From contig CASGAB010000001.1 of the NCBI GenBank assembly GCA_949299395.1, forward strand, positions 77,194 to 141,193: a stretch of 64,000 nucleotides of DNA. The letters are read 5' to 3'. Within the stretch, counting starts at the first letter, position 1; each line of letters begins with the position of its first letter. The position numbers and the translations under genes were made by a program. This DNA comes from an uncultured bacterium (lineage in GTDB: Bacteria > Bacillota_I > Bacilli_A > RFN20 > CAG-826). Positions 50,456 through 60,455 of the stretch are shown piece after piece. The notes under the pieces were generated by a model. The model was not told the DNA's origin and did no database searches. It saw nothing but the letters and a program-made list of their open reading frames with translations.

Positions 50456-52069
50456 ATGAAAAAGGAAATGAAATTTATATTTGTTACTGGAGGAGTTGTT
50501 TCTTCTTTGGGTAAAGGGATTAGTGCTGCTTGTGTAGGTAGATTATTAAAAAGAAGAGGATTAAACGTCTTTTCTATTAAACTTGATCCATATTTAAATG
50601 TTGATCCAGGTACAATGTCTCCTTATCAACATGGTGAAGTTTTCGTAACTAAAGATGGTGCTGAAACAGACCTCGATTTAGGTCACTATGAAAGAATTAT
50701 TAATACCTCACTCACCAAAGAAAGTAGCGTATCTAGTGGACAAATTTATTCATCTGTAATTGAAAAAGAAAGAAAAGGCGAATATTTAGGTGCAACAATT
50801 CAAATTATTCCTCATATTACAAACGAAATTATTAAAAGACTTAAAGATGGTTTTAACGCTAAAGGCGATACTGATGTATGTATTGTTGAAATTGGTGGAA
50901 CTGTTGGTGATATTGAATCTCAACCATTTTTAGAAGCAATTAGACAAATGAGAAGAGACTTTGGCTGTAAAAATACTTTTTATATCCATACAACTTTAGT
51001 TCCTTATCTTAAAACAACCGGCGAAATTAAAACTAAACCAACTCAACATAGTGTTAAAGAACTTTTAGGAATTGGTATTCAACCAGATGCTTTACTTTTA
51101 AGAAGTGAAGTTGATATTAATAAAGAAGCTAAAGATAAGGTTGCGCTTTTCTGTAATCTTCCTTTAAATGCTGTTATTTCTGTTAAAGATGTTCCAGTTG
51201 TTTATGAAGTTGCCTTAAACTTACAAAAACAACACTTAGATGATTTAATCATGGAACATTTAGGTTTTGAAAATTCTCCAAAAGCTGATATGAGTGATTG
51301 GGTTGATCTTGTTAATAGAATTAAAGGTTTAAAAGAATCGATAAATATTGCTTTAGTTGGAAAATATGTTGAACTTCATGATGCTTATATTAGTATTGTT
51401 GAATCATTAAAATATGCTGGTTTCAGTTTAAATAAAAAAGTAAATATTATTTGGGTAAATAGTGAAGATTTAAATGAAGAAAATATAAACGAAACATTAA
51501 AAGATGCTAAAGGAATTATTGTTCCAGGTGGCTTTGGAAAAAGAGGAACAGAAGGCAAGATGCTAGCAATTAAGTTTGCACGTGAAAATAAAGTTCCTTA
51601 TTTAGGTCTTTGTTTAGGTATGCAGCTTTCTTTAATTGAAATTGCTAGAGATGTTTTAAATTATAGCGATGCTAATTCTACTGAATTTGATCCTGATACA
51701 ACTCATAAAATCATCGATTATCTTCCAGATCAATATGAAGGTATTAAGCTTGGCGGAACAATGAGACTTGGAGAATATGATTGTTCTTTAATTAAAGGCA
51801 CTAAAACTTATGATTTATATAAGAGCGATTTAATTAAAGAAAGACATAGACATAGATATGAATTTAATAATGGATTTAAGAAAGAATTTGAAGAAAATGG
51901 TGTAATTTTCTCAGGAATTAATCCTCAAACTAATTTATGTGAAATTATTGAACTTAAAGATCATCCATTTTTTATTGCATCTCAATTTCATCCAGAATTC
52001 TTATCTCGCCCACTTCAACCTCACCCACTTTTTGTAGGTTTTGTTAAAGCAAGTATCGAAAATGAATAA
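50456..52069 (+). CDS. pyrG: CTP synthase
   Basis: [33 protein letters not shown]. Confidence 0.97.
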   Translation: MKKEMKFIFVTGGVVSSLGKGISAACVGRLLKRRGLNVFSIKLDPYLNVDPGTMSPYQHGEVFVTKDGAETDLDLGHYERIINTSLTKESSVSSGQIYSSVIEKERKGEYLGATIQIIPHITNEIIKRLKDGFNAKGDTDVCIVEIGGTVGDIESQPFLEAIRQMRRDFGCKNTFYIHTTLVPYLKTTGEIKTKPTQHSVKELLGIGIQPDALLLRSEVDINKEAKDKVALFCNLPLNAVISVKDVPVVYEVALNLQKQHLDDLIMEHLGFENSPKADMSDWVDLVNRIKGLKESINIALVGKYVELHDAYISIVESLKYAGFSLNKKVNIIWVNSEDLNEENINETLKDAKGIIVPGGFGKRGTEGKMLAIKFARENKVPYLGLCLGMQLSLIEIARDVLNYSDANSTEFDPDTTHKIIDYLPDQYEGIKLGGTMRLGEYDCSLIKGTKTYDLYKSDLIKERHRHRYEFNNGFKKEFEENGVIFSGINPQTNLCEIIELKDHPFFIASQFHPEFLSRPLQPHPLFVGFVKASIENE

Positions 52070-53000
52070 AAACTATAAAGCTAATTTAAAAAATAGAAAT
52101 ATTAAAGAAGAAAAAAAGATTTTAGATATTAAAGAATATAAAGTTAAAGAAGAAAAAGAACTTTTAACTTATTTAATAGAAAATCTACATTTTTCGCGTA
52201 ATAACGCGAAAAATTTATTATCTCATCATTTAATTTCGATTGATGGAGCACCAATCTCTCAATTTAATTTTATGTTATCTAAGGGAGACACTTTAATAAT
52301 CTCTAAAAAACCAATTAAACGTAAAAAAAGAAATGATTTACCAATTATTTTTGAAAATGATGAGATTATTGCAATAAATAAACCTTATGGCTTACTTTCT
52401 GTAGCTAGTGATAAAGAAAAATCATCAACTGCTTATCGAATGGTCATGGATTATCTTCAAGAAAAGGATCGAAAAGCAAGAATTTATGTTGTCCATCGAC
52501 TTGATAAAGAAACTAGTGGAGTTTTAATGTTTGTAAAAAATGAAAGACTTAAAGACGCTTTAACTGATAAATGGAATGATATTGTTAAAAAAAGAGGATA
52601 TTATGCCGTTGTTGAAGGAGTATTAAATAAAAAAGAAGATCGAATTATCAATTATTTAAAGATGAATTCACTTAATTTAATGTATGTAACTTCTTCAAAA
52701 GATAAGATGGCTTATCGCTGTGTTACTAACTATAAAGTTATAAAAGAAAATGATAAATATTCTTTACTTGATATTAATTTAGAAAGCGGAAGAAAAAATC
52801 AAATTAGAGTTACTTTAGGAAGTATGAAACATTATGTTTTAGGGGATGATAAATATGGAGAACCAGAAAACCCATTATCTCGACTAGCACTTCATGCTTA
52901 TGAATTATCATTTATTAATCCTCTCGATAATAAAAAATACGATTTTAAATGTGAGATGCCTAAAGAATTCAACTCATTATTTAATAGAAAAACTAAATAA
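52062..53000 (+). CDS. RluA/RluD-family pseudouridine synthase
   Basis: [31 protein letters not shown]. Confidence 0.92.
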   Translation: MNKNYKANLKNRNIKEEKKILDIKEYKVKEEKELLTYLIENLHFSRNNAKNLLSHHLISIDGAPISQFNFMLSKGDTLIISKKPIKRKKRNDLPIIFENDEIIAINKPYGLLSVASDKEKSSTAYRMVMDYLQEKDRKARIYVVHRLDKETSGVLMFVKNERLKDALTDKWNDIVKKRGYYAVVEGVLNKKEDRIINYLKMNSLNLMYVTSSKDKMAYRCVTNYKVIKENDKYSLLDINLESGRKNQIRVTLGSMKHYVLGDDKYGEPENPLSRLALHAYELSFINPLDNKKYDFKCEMPKEFNSLFNRKTK

Positions 53001-53026
53001 ATGCACTCAAAAAGTGCATTTTTTTG
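52998..53026 (+). terminator. Terminator after the pseudouridine synthase
   Basis: AAATGCACT/AGTGCATTT hairpin plus T-run. Confidence 0.7.
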
Positions 53027-53039
53027 TTATAATATTTGA

Positions 53040-54605
53040 GTGAAAAATATAAGCAATACAAAGAGATTATTCTACTTTTTAAAAGAGATTTTTCATCGTT
53101 TTAAAGAATCGATTATAAGCGTAATTCCTATCATGTTTATAGTAGGATGTCTTTTTGGCATTCAATATCTTTTTATTTATTTAGGCGATTTAAATGAAGT
53201 AGTTTTTTCATGGGAATTATTTTTAATATTTTTAGCTTGTGGAATTGTTTTATCACTTGGTATTTCAATATTTTCTTTAGGTGCCGATTTATCAATGTCT
53301 CCAATAGGAAGATATGTTGGAGAAGATTTAACCAAAAGAAAATCATTGGTTTTACTTGGAATTGTTGGATTTTTACTTGGAACTTTAATTACAATTGCTG
53401 AACCAGATTTAACGGTTTTAGCTGATTATATTCCTGGTGAAGTTTTAAATCCTCGGATATTAAAAATAGTGGTTGGAGTTGGTGTAGGTATTTTCTTAGT
53501 TATAGGAATTTTTAGAATCATTTTTTCTAAATCAATTAAAACTTACATCATGCTTTTTTATATTTTAATTTTTGTTATTGCTTCTTTATATGGCGATAAT
53601 GATGGCGCTTTTTTAGAATTATCTTTTGATAGTGGTGGCGTTACAACTGGACAAATTACAGTTCCTTTTTTAGTTAACTTTGGTATTGGTATAGCTGGAG
53701 TTAAAGGTGGGGATAAATCAGATGATGATTCATTCGGTTTAAGTGGACTTTGTTCAATTGGTCCGGTTTTAGTTGTTTTATTACTTGGTGTTTTTGTTAA
53801 ACCGGGAAGTTTAACACCTGTAACAAACGAAACTTATACACTTTTAGATGCATTTATTATTTCGTTTCAAGATGTTGCTTTTGCAATTGCTCCTGTTTTA
53901 CTTTTCTTTATTATTTATGATGTAATTTTCTTAAGATTGCACCGCCAAGAATTAGCTAGAATTATTATTGGTTTTATCTATACTTTTATCGGTTTAGTTA
54001 TTTTCTTAACTGCTGCAACTTATGGATTTATTCCGGTAGGAAAAGCACTTGGAGAAGGCTTTATTGATATTGAATATTTACTCATAATTATCGCCGTTTT
54101 AGTTGGGGCTTGTATTGTTTTAGCTGAACCTTCCGTTCAAATTTTAAATGCTCAAGTTGAAGAAATTTCTAATGGCGCAATAAAGAAGAAAACAATGTTA
54201 CACGGACTTTCAATTGGTGTAGCTATTGCAGTTGCTTTATCTGTTGCTAGAGCTTTATATTTCCCAGATTTAAATATTCTTTATATTATTGGTCCAGGCT
54301 ATGCATTAGCATTTATTTTATCGATATTTATCGATGATATTTATGTTGCTTTAGCTTTTGATAGTGGTGGTATTGCTTGCGGATCAATGGCCTCAGCCTT
54401 TGTTATGCCATTTTTAATTGGAATATCTTTACAAAACGATTCTCAATCAAATGGCTTTGGAGTTATTGGAATTATTTCTATGTTCCCATTAATTTGTATT
54501 GAACTCATTGGTGTTGGATCAAAAATTAGTGTTTATCTTGCAAATAAAAGAGCAAGAGAAGGACTTAGAGATGAAAATGATATGCAACTCATTTCGTTTA
54601 AATAG
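53040..54605 (+). CDS. DUF1538 membrane protein (two fused repeats)
   Basis: Two copies each of AEP and FDSGG motifs; many TM helices; one CGG codon at 53454. Confidence 0.85.
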   Translation: MKNISNTKRLFYFLKEIFHRFKESIISVIPIMFIVGCLFGIQYLFIYLGDLNEVVFSWELFLIFLACGIVLSLGISIFSLGADLSMSPIGRYVGEDLTKRKSLVLLGIVGFLLGTLITIAEPDLTVLADYIPGEVLNPRILKIVVGVGVGIFLVIGIFRIIFSKSIKTYIMLFYILIFVIASLYGDNDGAFLELSFDSGGVTTGQITVPFLVNFGIGIAGVKGGDKSDDDSFGLSGLCSIGPVLVVLLLGVFVKPGSLTPVTNETYTLLDAFIISFQDVAFAIAPVLLFFIIYDVIFLRLHRQELARIIIGFIYTFIGLVIFLTAATYGFIPVGKALGEGFIDIEYLLIIIAVLVGACIVLAEPSVQILNAQVEEISNGAIKKKTMLHGLSIGVAIAVALSVARALYFPDLNILYIIGPGYALAFILSIFIDDIYVALAFDSGGIACGSMASAFVMPFLIGISLQNDSQSNGFGVIGIISMFPLICIELIGVGSKISVYLANKRAREGLRDENDMQLISFK

Positions 54606-54613
54606 GATTTTAT

Positions 54614-55048
54614 ATGATTAGAAATGTTTTTAAAGAAAATGCATTAAATAGAAAAATTAGAAGACAAAAAGAAGACTCTTCTAATTATCAAAATAAATAT
54701 AAGGTTGAAAAACTTTATCTTTCAGTTGTTATTGTTAATCGTTATCAAGGCGATTATTACATCAATAAATTTTTAGATTTAGGAGCTTCATCATCCTTTC
54801 TTTTATATGGAAAAGGCACAGCACCAAGCGAACTTTTATATATGTTAGGTGTTGAAGGTGATAAAAAAGATATCGTTTTAACAGTTGTTAAAGAATCACT
54901 TTTAGATAAAGTAAATGAAGCAATCGAAGAAAGATTTAAAGTTTCTAAATCAGCAAAAGGATTTGCTTTTGTTATTGAATTTGATTCAGTGATGGGAGTG
55001 TTACCATATCGCTTTTTATCTGATACAAAAAATAATGAAAAAAGATAG
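54614..55048 (+). CDS. PII-like signalling protein
   Basis: VIVN, YGKGTA, KDIVL, KGFAF. Confidence 0.75.
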   Translation: MIRNVFKENALNRKIRRQKEDSSNYQNKYKVEKLYLSVVIVNRYQGDYYINKFLDLGASSSFLLYGKGTAPSELLYMLGVEGDKKDIVLTVVKESLLDKVNEAIEERFKVSKSAKGFAFVIEFDSVMGVLPYRFLSDTKNNEKR

Positions 55049-55066
55049 AAAAATAAGGAGATTTTT

Positions 55067-55396
55067 ATGGAAAATAGATATTTAATTTGTGTAATTGTTA
55101 ATAAAGGTTTCTCAGATTTAGTAATGGAAGCAGCAAGAAAGGCTGGAGCAAGAGGTGGAACAGTAGTAAACGCTAGAGGAACAGGTAATAAAGAAATCGA
55201 AAAATTCTATGGAGTAGTTATTCATCCAGATAAAGAATTAGTTTTAATTGTTATTGAAGAAGAAAATAAAGCTAAAGTTATGGAAGAAATATATAAAGAT
55301 TGTGGTTTAGAAACAAGATCTCAAGGTATTGTATTTGCTCTTCCGGTTAAAGATGTTAAAGGAATTGTTGAAGAAAAAGAGGAAGATAATGCTTAA
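55067..55396 (+). CDS. PII-family regulator
   Basis: VIVNKG, AGARGGTVVNARGTG, KELVLI, GIVFALPV. Confidence 0.85.
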   Translation: MENRYLICVIVNKGFSDLVMEAARKAGARGGTVVNARGTGNKEIEKFYGVVIHPDKELVLIVIEEENKAKVMEEIYKDCGLETRSQGIVFALPVKDVKGIVEEKEEDNA

Positions 55397-56226
55397 TCTT
55401 CCTCTTTGTATAACATTTTTTTGATTATATTTTTATTTAAGTTATAGATTAATGAGATGCATATAATTGCATCTTTTTTATTAATCCCGCTTTTAATTAA
55501 TTCTTCATATTTATCTTTTATTAAACTTAAATCGATATCTTTTTTATTTTCTTTATTACCTTCTAAAACAAGAACAAGTTCACCTTTAAATTCTTTATTA
55601 ATTGAAGTTATTTCTTTTAAAGAAGTATAGATAAATTCTTCATAAATTTTTGATATTTCTCGAGCAATTGTTATTTTTCTATCTCCTAAAACTTCATATA
55701 AATCAGATAAAGTTTCATTAATTCTATGAGGCGCTTCATAAATAATTAAAGTATAAGGAAAAGTTTTAATTTCATTAATTTCTTTAATTCTTTCGCTTCT
55801 TTTTGAAGGTAAAAATCCATAAAAAATGAAATGAGAAGTATCTAATGATGATGCAATTAAAGCGGTTAAAGAAGCGGTTGGGCCACTTAAAGGAATAATT
55901 TTATAGCCGGCTTTACTAACTTCTTTAACTAAAATTTCTCCTGGATCAGAAATCGCAGGATAACCGGCATCACTCATACAAGCAACGTTTTTACCTTCTT
56001 CTAAAAGAGAAAGAAGTTTATTAGACATTTCTTTTTCGTTATGTTCGTGACAAGAAATTGTCGATTTTTTAATATTTAAAAGATTTAAAAGTTTTTGAGT
56101 ATTACGAGTATCTTCGCAAAAAATAAGATCAACCGAATTTAAAACTTCGATAGATCTTTTTGACATATCATTTAAATTTCCAATTGGAGAAGGGACTAAA
56201 TATAAAATTCCTTTATTTTGATTCAT
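55393..56226 (-). CDS. rsmI: 16S rRNA (cytidine1402-2'-O)-methyltransferase
   Basis: LYLVPSPIGNL, CEDTR, SDAGYPAISDPG, YEAPHR, KGELVLV. Confidence 0.95.
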   Translation of the reverse strand: MNQNKGILYLVPSPIGNLNDMSKRSIEVLNSVDLIFCEDTRNTQKLLNLLNIKKSTISCHEHNEKEMSNKLLSLLEEGKNVACMSDAGYPAISDPGEILVKEVSKAGYKIIPLSGPTASLTALIASSLDTSHFIFYGFLPSKRSERIKEINEIKTFPYTLIIYEAPHRINETLSDLYEVLGDRKITIAREISKIYEEFIYTSLKEITSINKEFKGELVLVLEGNKENKKDIDLSLIKDKYEELIKSGINKKDAIICISLIYNLNKNIIKKMLYKEED

Positions 56227-57037
56227 GTTTTTGGTTCTTTTTGATAAGTTTTAAAACTTCATCAACTGGTAAGAATTCAACATCATCAACAGCATCTAAA
56301 CGAATGATTTTAGTTAAGATGTTATATGAAGTAATCTTAAATTCTTTGCTATTTATCGTAACTTTTGTTCCTACAACAGGATATTTTTTCTTTTCTTCAG
56401 TATATAAATCATCTTCAAATTTTAAGCAACACATAAGCTTTCCACATTGACCAGAAAGTTTAGGAATGTTGATAGTTAACATTTGGTTTTTAGCTCTATT
56501 TAAAGAAACACCATCAAAAGTATTTAAAAAAGTAGTACAGCAAAGCGGAAGACCACAACTTCCAATTCCACCAACTAATTGAGCTCTTTCTCTAGCATTA
56601 ATTTGTTTAAGTTCAATTCGACAATGAAGTTCGTTAGCTAAATCTTTTAATAATTCTCTGAAATCAACTCTTTCATCACTGACATAAGTAAATAAAACTT
56701 TTGAGCGATCTAAAGTATATTGAGAACTGATTAAATTCATATTGAGCCCCAATTTATGGACATTTTTTTCAAAAACTTTTGATGCTTCAATAGCAGCAGT
56801 AGCATTAAAATTAAAGATTTTAATATCTTCAATAGTAGCTTTTCTTAAAATTGGTTTAATTTCTAAAGGAAATTTTAAAGTAGACATAAGACGAGGCAAT
56901 TCTTCAACCTCTCCCATTTCTCTTCCAATAACTGTATCTACGACAACAAAATCACCTACTTTTAAAGTAGAATCATCTGTCCCAAAATAATATGTTTTAT
57001 TTGTTTTAGCAAACTTAACGCTAATATAAAATTCCAT
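56213..57037 (-). CDS. ricT: RicT/YaaT (PSP1) regulatory Fe-S protein
   Basis: RVDFRELL, RIEL.QI..R, GSCG..LCC, SGQCGKLMCCL. Confidence 0.9.
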   Translation of the reverse strand: MEFYISVKFAKTNKTYYFGTDDSTLKVGDFVVVDTVIGREMGEVEELPRLMSTLKFPLEIKPILRKATIEDIKIFNFNATAAIEASKVFEKNVHKLGLNMNLISSQYTLDRSKVLFTYVSDERVDFRELLKDLANELHCRIELKQINARERAQLVGGIGSCGLPLCCTTFLNTFDGVSLNRAKNQMLTINIPKLSGQCGKLMCCLKFEDDLYTEEKKKYPVVGTKVTINSKEFKITSYNILTKIIRLDAVDDVEFLPVDEVLKLIKKNQKHESK

Positions 57038-57229
57038 CGATATTTTTACCTTTTCTTTTAAAATCTATTTGTAATTTTAGTATTTTAATACTAAATTTTC
57101 AATCTTTTCTATTTATCACAAATATATGTTTTCACGTGGAAATAATATATTAGTATTAATAAAATAGGTTGAAATAATTATTTCAGCCTTTAAAATTTAA
57201 TTTAGATTTGTTTTTTAGGAGATATAATA

Positions 57230-58468
57230 ATGAGTTTTTTAGAAAGAGAAGATAAAGAGATATTTGATTTAATTGAAAAAGAACATAATAGACAAAATGA
57301 ACATATTGAATTAATTGCTAGTGAAAACTTTGTTTCTAAGGCAGTTTTAGAAGCACAAGGTTCAATTTTAACTAATAAATATGCTGAAGGATATCCATCA
57401 AAAAGATATTATGGCGGATGTGAATTTATCGATGGTGTCGAAGATTTAGCTCGTGAAAGATTAAAAAAATTATTTAATGTTAAATATGTTAACGTTCAAG
57501 CTCATTCCGGAAGTAGTGCTAATATGGCTGCTATTAGAAGTTTAATTAATCATGGAGATAAAATTTTAGGTATGGGGTTAGACGCCGGAGGACATTTAAC
57601 TCATGGTTATAAATTATCTTTCTCTGGCCAAGATTATGAATCCTATACTTATGGCGTAAATATTGAAACCGGTTTAATTGATTATGAAGAAGTTAGAAGA
57701 CTTGCTTTAGAAATTAAACCTCAACTCATTATTTGTGGAGCTAGTGCTTATCCTCGTGAAATAGATTTTAAGAAATTTAAAGAAATTGCTGATGAATGCG
57801 GTGCTTTTTTAATGGCTGATATTGCTCATATTGCCGGACTTATTGCAACAGGATTACATAATACCCCAGTTGGTTATGCTGATGTTATTACTTCAACAAC
57901 TCATAAAACTTTAAGAGGTCCAAGAGGCGGAATTATCATGACTAATGATGAAGAATTAGCTAAAAAGATTGATAAAACTCTTTTCCCAGGTTGTCAAGGT
58001 GGTCCACTTGAACACGTTATTGCTGCTAAAGCAGTTGCTTTTAAAGAAGACTTAGAACCTTCTTATAAAGTTTATATGGAAAATGTTCTTAAAAATTGTA
58101 AGGCTTTAGCCGATGAATTTATTAAACTTGGTTATAAAGTAATTAGTGGAGGAACCGATAATCACCTTCTTTTACTCGATGTTAAATCGACAAAAGGCGT
58201 TACTGGTAAAGAAGTAGAAGACCTTTTACAAAAAGTTAATATTACTGTTAACAAAAATTCAATTCCAGGAGACACTGAAAAACCTGCATATACTTCAGGA
58301 ATTAGACTAGGAACACCAGCTATGACTACAAAAGGTTATACTGAAGAAGATTTTAGATTAGTTGCTCATATTATTAATGAAGCAATCGAACATAAAAATG
58401 ACGAAGAATATCTTACTTCTTTAAAAAATAAAGTTATCGAATTAAATAAAAAACATCTTACTTTTTAA
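57230..58468 (+). CDS. glyA: Serine hydroxymethyltransferase
   Basis: [42 protein letters not shown]. Confidence 0.97.
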   Translation: MSFLEREDKEIFDLIEKEHNRQNEHIELIASENFVSKAVLEAQGSILTNKYAEGYPSKRYYGGCEFIDGVEDLARERLKKLFNVKYVNVQAHSGSSANMAAIRSLINHGDKILGMGLDAGGHLTHGYKLSFSGQDYESYTYGVNIETGLIDYEEVRRLALEIKPQLIICGASAYPREIDFKKFKEIADECGAFLMADIAHIAGLIATGLHNTPVGYADVITSTTHKTLRGPRGGIIMTNDEELAKKIDKTLFPGCQGGPLEHVIAAKAVAFKEDLEPSYKVYMENVLKNCKALADEFIKLGYKVISGGTDNHLLLLDVKSTKGVTGKEVEDLLQKVNITVNKNSIPGDTEKPAYTSGIRLGTPAMTTKGYTEEDFRLVAHIINEAIEHKNDEEYLTSLKNKVIELNKKHLTF

Positions 58469-58473
58469 TTAAA

Positions 58474-58965
58474 ATGGTTGATATTGGAAAAGCAACAATA
58501 GAAGAACTTGATGCTATTTTAAAAATTTATGAAATAGCTAGAGATTTTATGAAAAAAAGCGGTAACCCTAATCAATGGGGAGACACCGATCCAACAAAAG
58601 AAAGAATAATAAATTATATAAATAGTGGTGATTTATATATCGGAATTAATGAAAATAACGATATTCTATTTTCTTTTGCACTTATTTTTGGAGAAGATCC
58701 AACATATAAATATATTGAAAACGGAAGTTGGTTTGATAACTCTCCTTATGCAACTATTCATTCTTTAGCAAGTGCTCAAAAAATCAAGAATGTTTTTGGC
58801 TATGTTTTAGCTTTTTCTCTTTCTAAAATTAATCATATAAGAATTGATACACACGAAGATAATCATGTTTTTCAACATATTTTAGCTAAATATAAGTTTA
58901 AAAAAAGTGGAGTCATTTACCTAAGTAATGGATCTCCACGAATCGCATTTGAGTTAACTATTTAA
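58474..58965 (+). CDS. GNAT-family acetyltransferase
   Basis: GNPNQW, DPTY, IRIDTHEDN. Confidence 0.8.
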   Translation: MVDIGKATIEELDAILKIYEIARDFMKKSGNPNQWGDTDPTKERIINYINSGDLYIGINENNDILFSFALIFGEDPTYKYIENGSWFDNSPYATIHSLASAQKIKNVFGYVLAFSLSKINHIRIDTHEDNHVFQHILAKYKFKKSGVIYLSNGSPRIAFELTI

Positions 58966-58984
58966 CTCTTCTATCTATAGAAAC

Positions 58985-59350
58985 TAAAAGAGTTCAGTTT
59001 ACTTAATTCTCTACCACCTTACACATCATCGATAGTTTCTTTACACTACCTCATACATTAAGACTAGATTATCCTACCTTCCATACATTTTGGGGATTTC
59101 TTTTTTATAATTCCTAATCACAAATTCTTCATTCTACACTTCTTATTACTTTGTCTTATATTATCTTTAAATAATAATTTTTAAACAAAGGATTCGTTTT
59201 CTTCATAGATGTAATTGTTTAATTACCGTTTTCACTTTTCTATTATTCCAAGGTTTCTTTTTTCTTTAATTATTATTATGATCCACCTTGTATTTTATAG
59301 AAAATCTATGAGTAGGAAGTTTAGGATATCGTTCCCTGAACTCTTTTATT
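58985..59350 (-). ncRNA. Candidate novel ~365-nt structured RNA
   Basis: 13-bp terminal stem, several nested helices, sigma-A promoter directly upstream, no ORF of meaningful length (see findings). Confidence 0.6.
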
Positions 59351-59356
59351 GACCAT

Positions 59357-59385
59357 ATAGTAATAATAAAAAATATTTTTGACAA
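59357..59385 (-). promoter_or_regulatory. Sigma-A promoter driving the candidate ncRNA
   Basis: Minus strand TTGTCA (59385-59380)-N17-TACTAT (59362-59357). Confidence 0.65.
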
Positions 59386-59432
59386 GCGATTTTTTTAATA
59401 TTTTTTTCAAAATTTACGATTTTTTTCGACTC

Positions 59433-59478
59433 TTTTACGAACGAAAGATTTTGGTATATAAAATTTTTCGTTCGTAAG
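59433..59478 (-). terminator. Hairpin downstream of holB (probable terminator)
   Basis: TTACGAACGAAA/TTTCGTTCGTAA inverted repeat. Confidence 0.5.
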
Positions 59479-59492
59479 TAATTGATTAAAAA

Positions 59493-60455
59493 TTAACTTG
59501 TTAAACTATGTAACAAAAGTAGTTGAATATTAATATTTTTAGAAATTAAGTTCTCATCTTCTAAAATAATTTTAATAGTATTAGATAAATCAGAGGTATT
59601 TTTTAAAATGATTTCAATTAGTCCTAAAAATGGTTTAAGAAAAATTTCTTTATCAACTTTTCTTTTAAAGGCTTCATTATAAAAACTGATCAATAAATCA
59701 TAAAAAAGATAAACTTTTTCCTTGCTATTTAAACTAGGAATGATATCTTTTTCAACAAAAAAGCGAGCGGTCTTTTTATTTGATAATCTTTTTATATATT
59801 CAATAACTAAATTTTTAACTAATTCAAAAGTTTCATTAGATAAATTAACTACGATTTCATCATAATCATTATATAAAGTGGAAAGAAGATAAAAATCTTC
59901 AGTTAAAATGTTTTCATCCTTAGCTTTTTTAATAAATATTTCTTTATCAACATCTTTAAAACGAATAATTTCTACTCTAGAAAGAATAGTTGGTAAGATT
60001 TTATTTTCATTTTCACTAGTAAAAATAGCGTAAGTATTTTCAGGTGGCTCTTCTAAAAATTTTAACAAGGCATTAGTACCTTGAAGTGATAAATATTCAA
60101 TATTTTCGATAATATAAACTTTAATTCCTCTTTTTTCACTTGCCGAACGAGAAAATAAATCTTCGATTTTTAAACGAATATCATCGATTTTTATTGAATC
60201 AAGACGGGCATCAAAAGATAAAAAATCACCATAGATTCCTTCATTAACTCTATTACAAGTATTACAAGAATCACAAGCAAAAATATCTTTTTCACATAAC
60301 AATGATTTAGCTAAATATTTAGCATATGTTCCAAGTGAAGAGCCTTTTTTACCAACTAAAAGGTAGCCATGAAAAAATTTATTATTTTTTAAAGCGTTAA
60401 AAAATAGATTATAGGCATTTGGTTGATATTTTTTTAACTTATCACTTACTTTCAT
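59493..60455 (-). CDS. holB: DNA polymerase III delta' subunit
   Basis: Zinc motif, IKIDDIR, NALLKFLEEPP, LPTILSR; follows tmk. Confidence 0.9.
   Translation of the reverse strand: MKVSDKLKKYQPNAYNLFFNALKNNKFFHGYLLVGKKGSSLGTYAKYLAKSLLCEKDIFACDSCNTCNRVNEGIYGDFLSFDARLDSIKIDDIRLKIEDLFSRSASEKRGIKVYIIENIEYLSLQGTNALLKFLEEPPENTYAIFTSENENKILPTILSRVEIIRFKDVDKEIFIKKAKDENILTEDFYLLSTLYNDYDEIVVNLSNETFELVKNLVIEYIKRLSNKKTARFFVEKDIIPSLNSKEKVYLFYDLLISFYNEAFKRKVDKEIFLKPFLGLIEIILKNTSDLSNTIKIILEDENLISKNINIQLLLLHSLTS

Noticed and set aside
57040-57229. Riboswitch (glycine, ZTP or THF) upstream of glyA
   Set aside because: Only AT-rich palindromes are present; no recognisable aptamer consensus.
59005-59025. T-box-like AAGGTGGTAG on the minus strand
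   Set aside because: It lacks the ACCGCG continuation, an antiterminator and a co-oriented downstream gene.
58985-59348. MITE or IS remnant explanation for the 13-bp terminal inverted repeat
   Set aside because: No target-site duplication or second copy in the window, and a promoter is positioned exactly at one end. Not excluded without the full genome.
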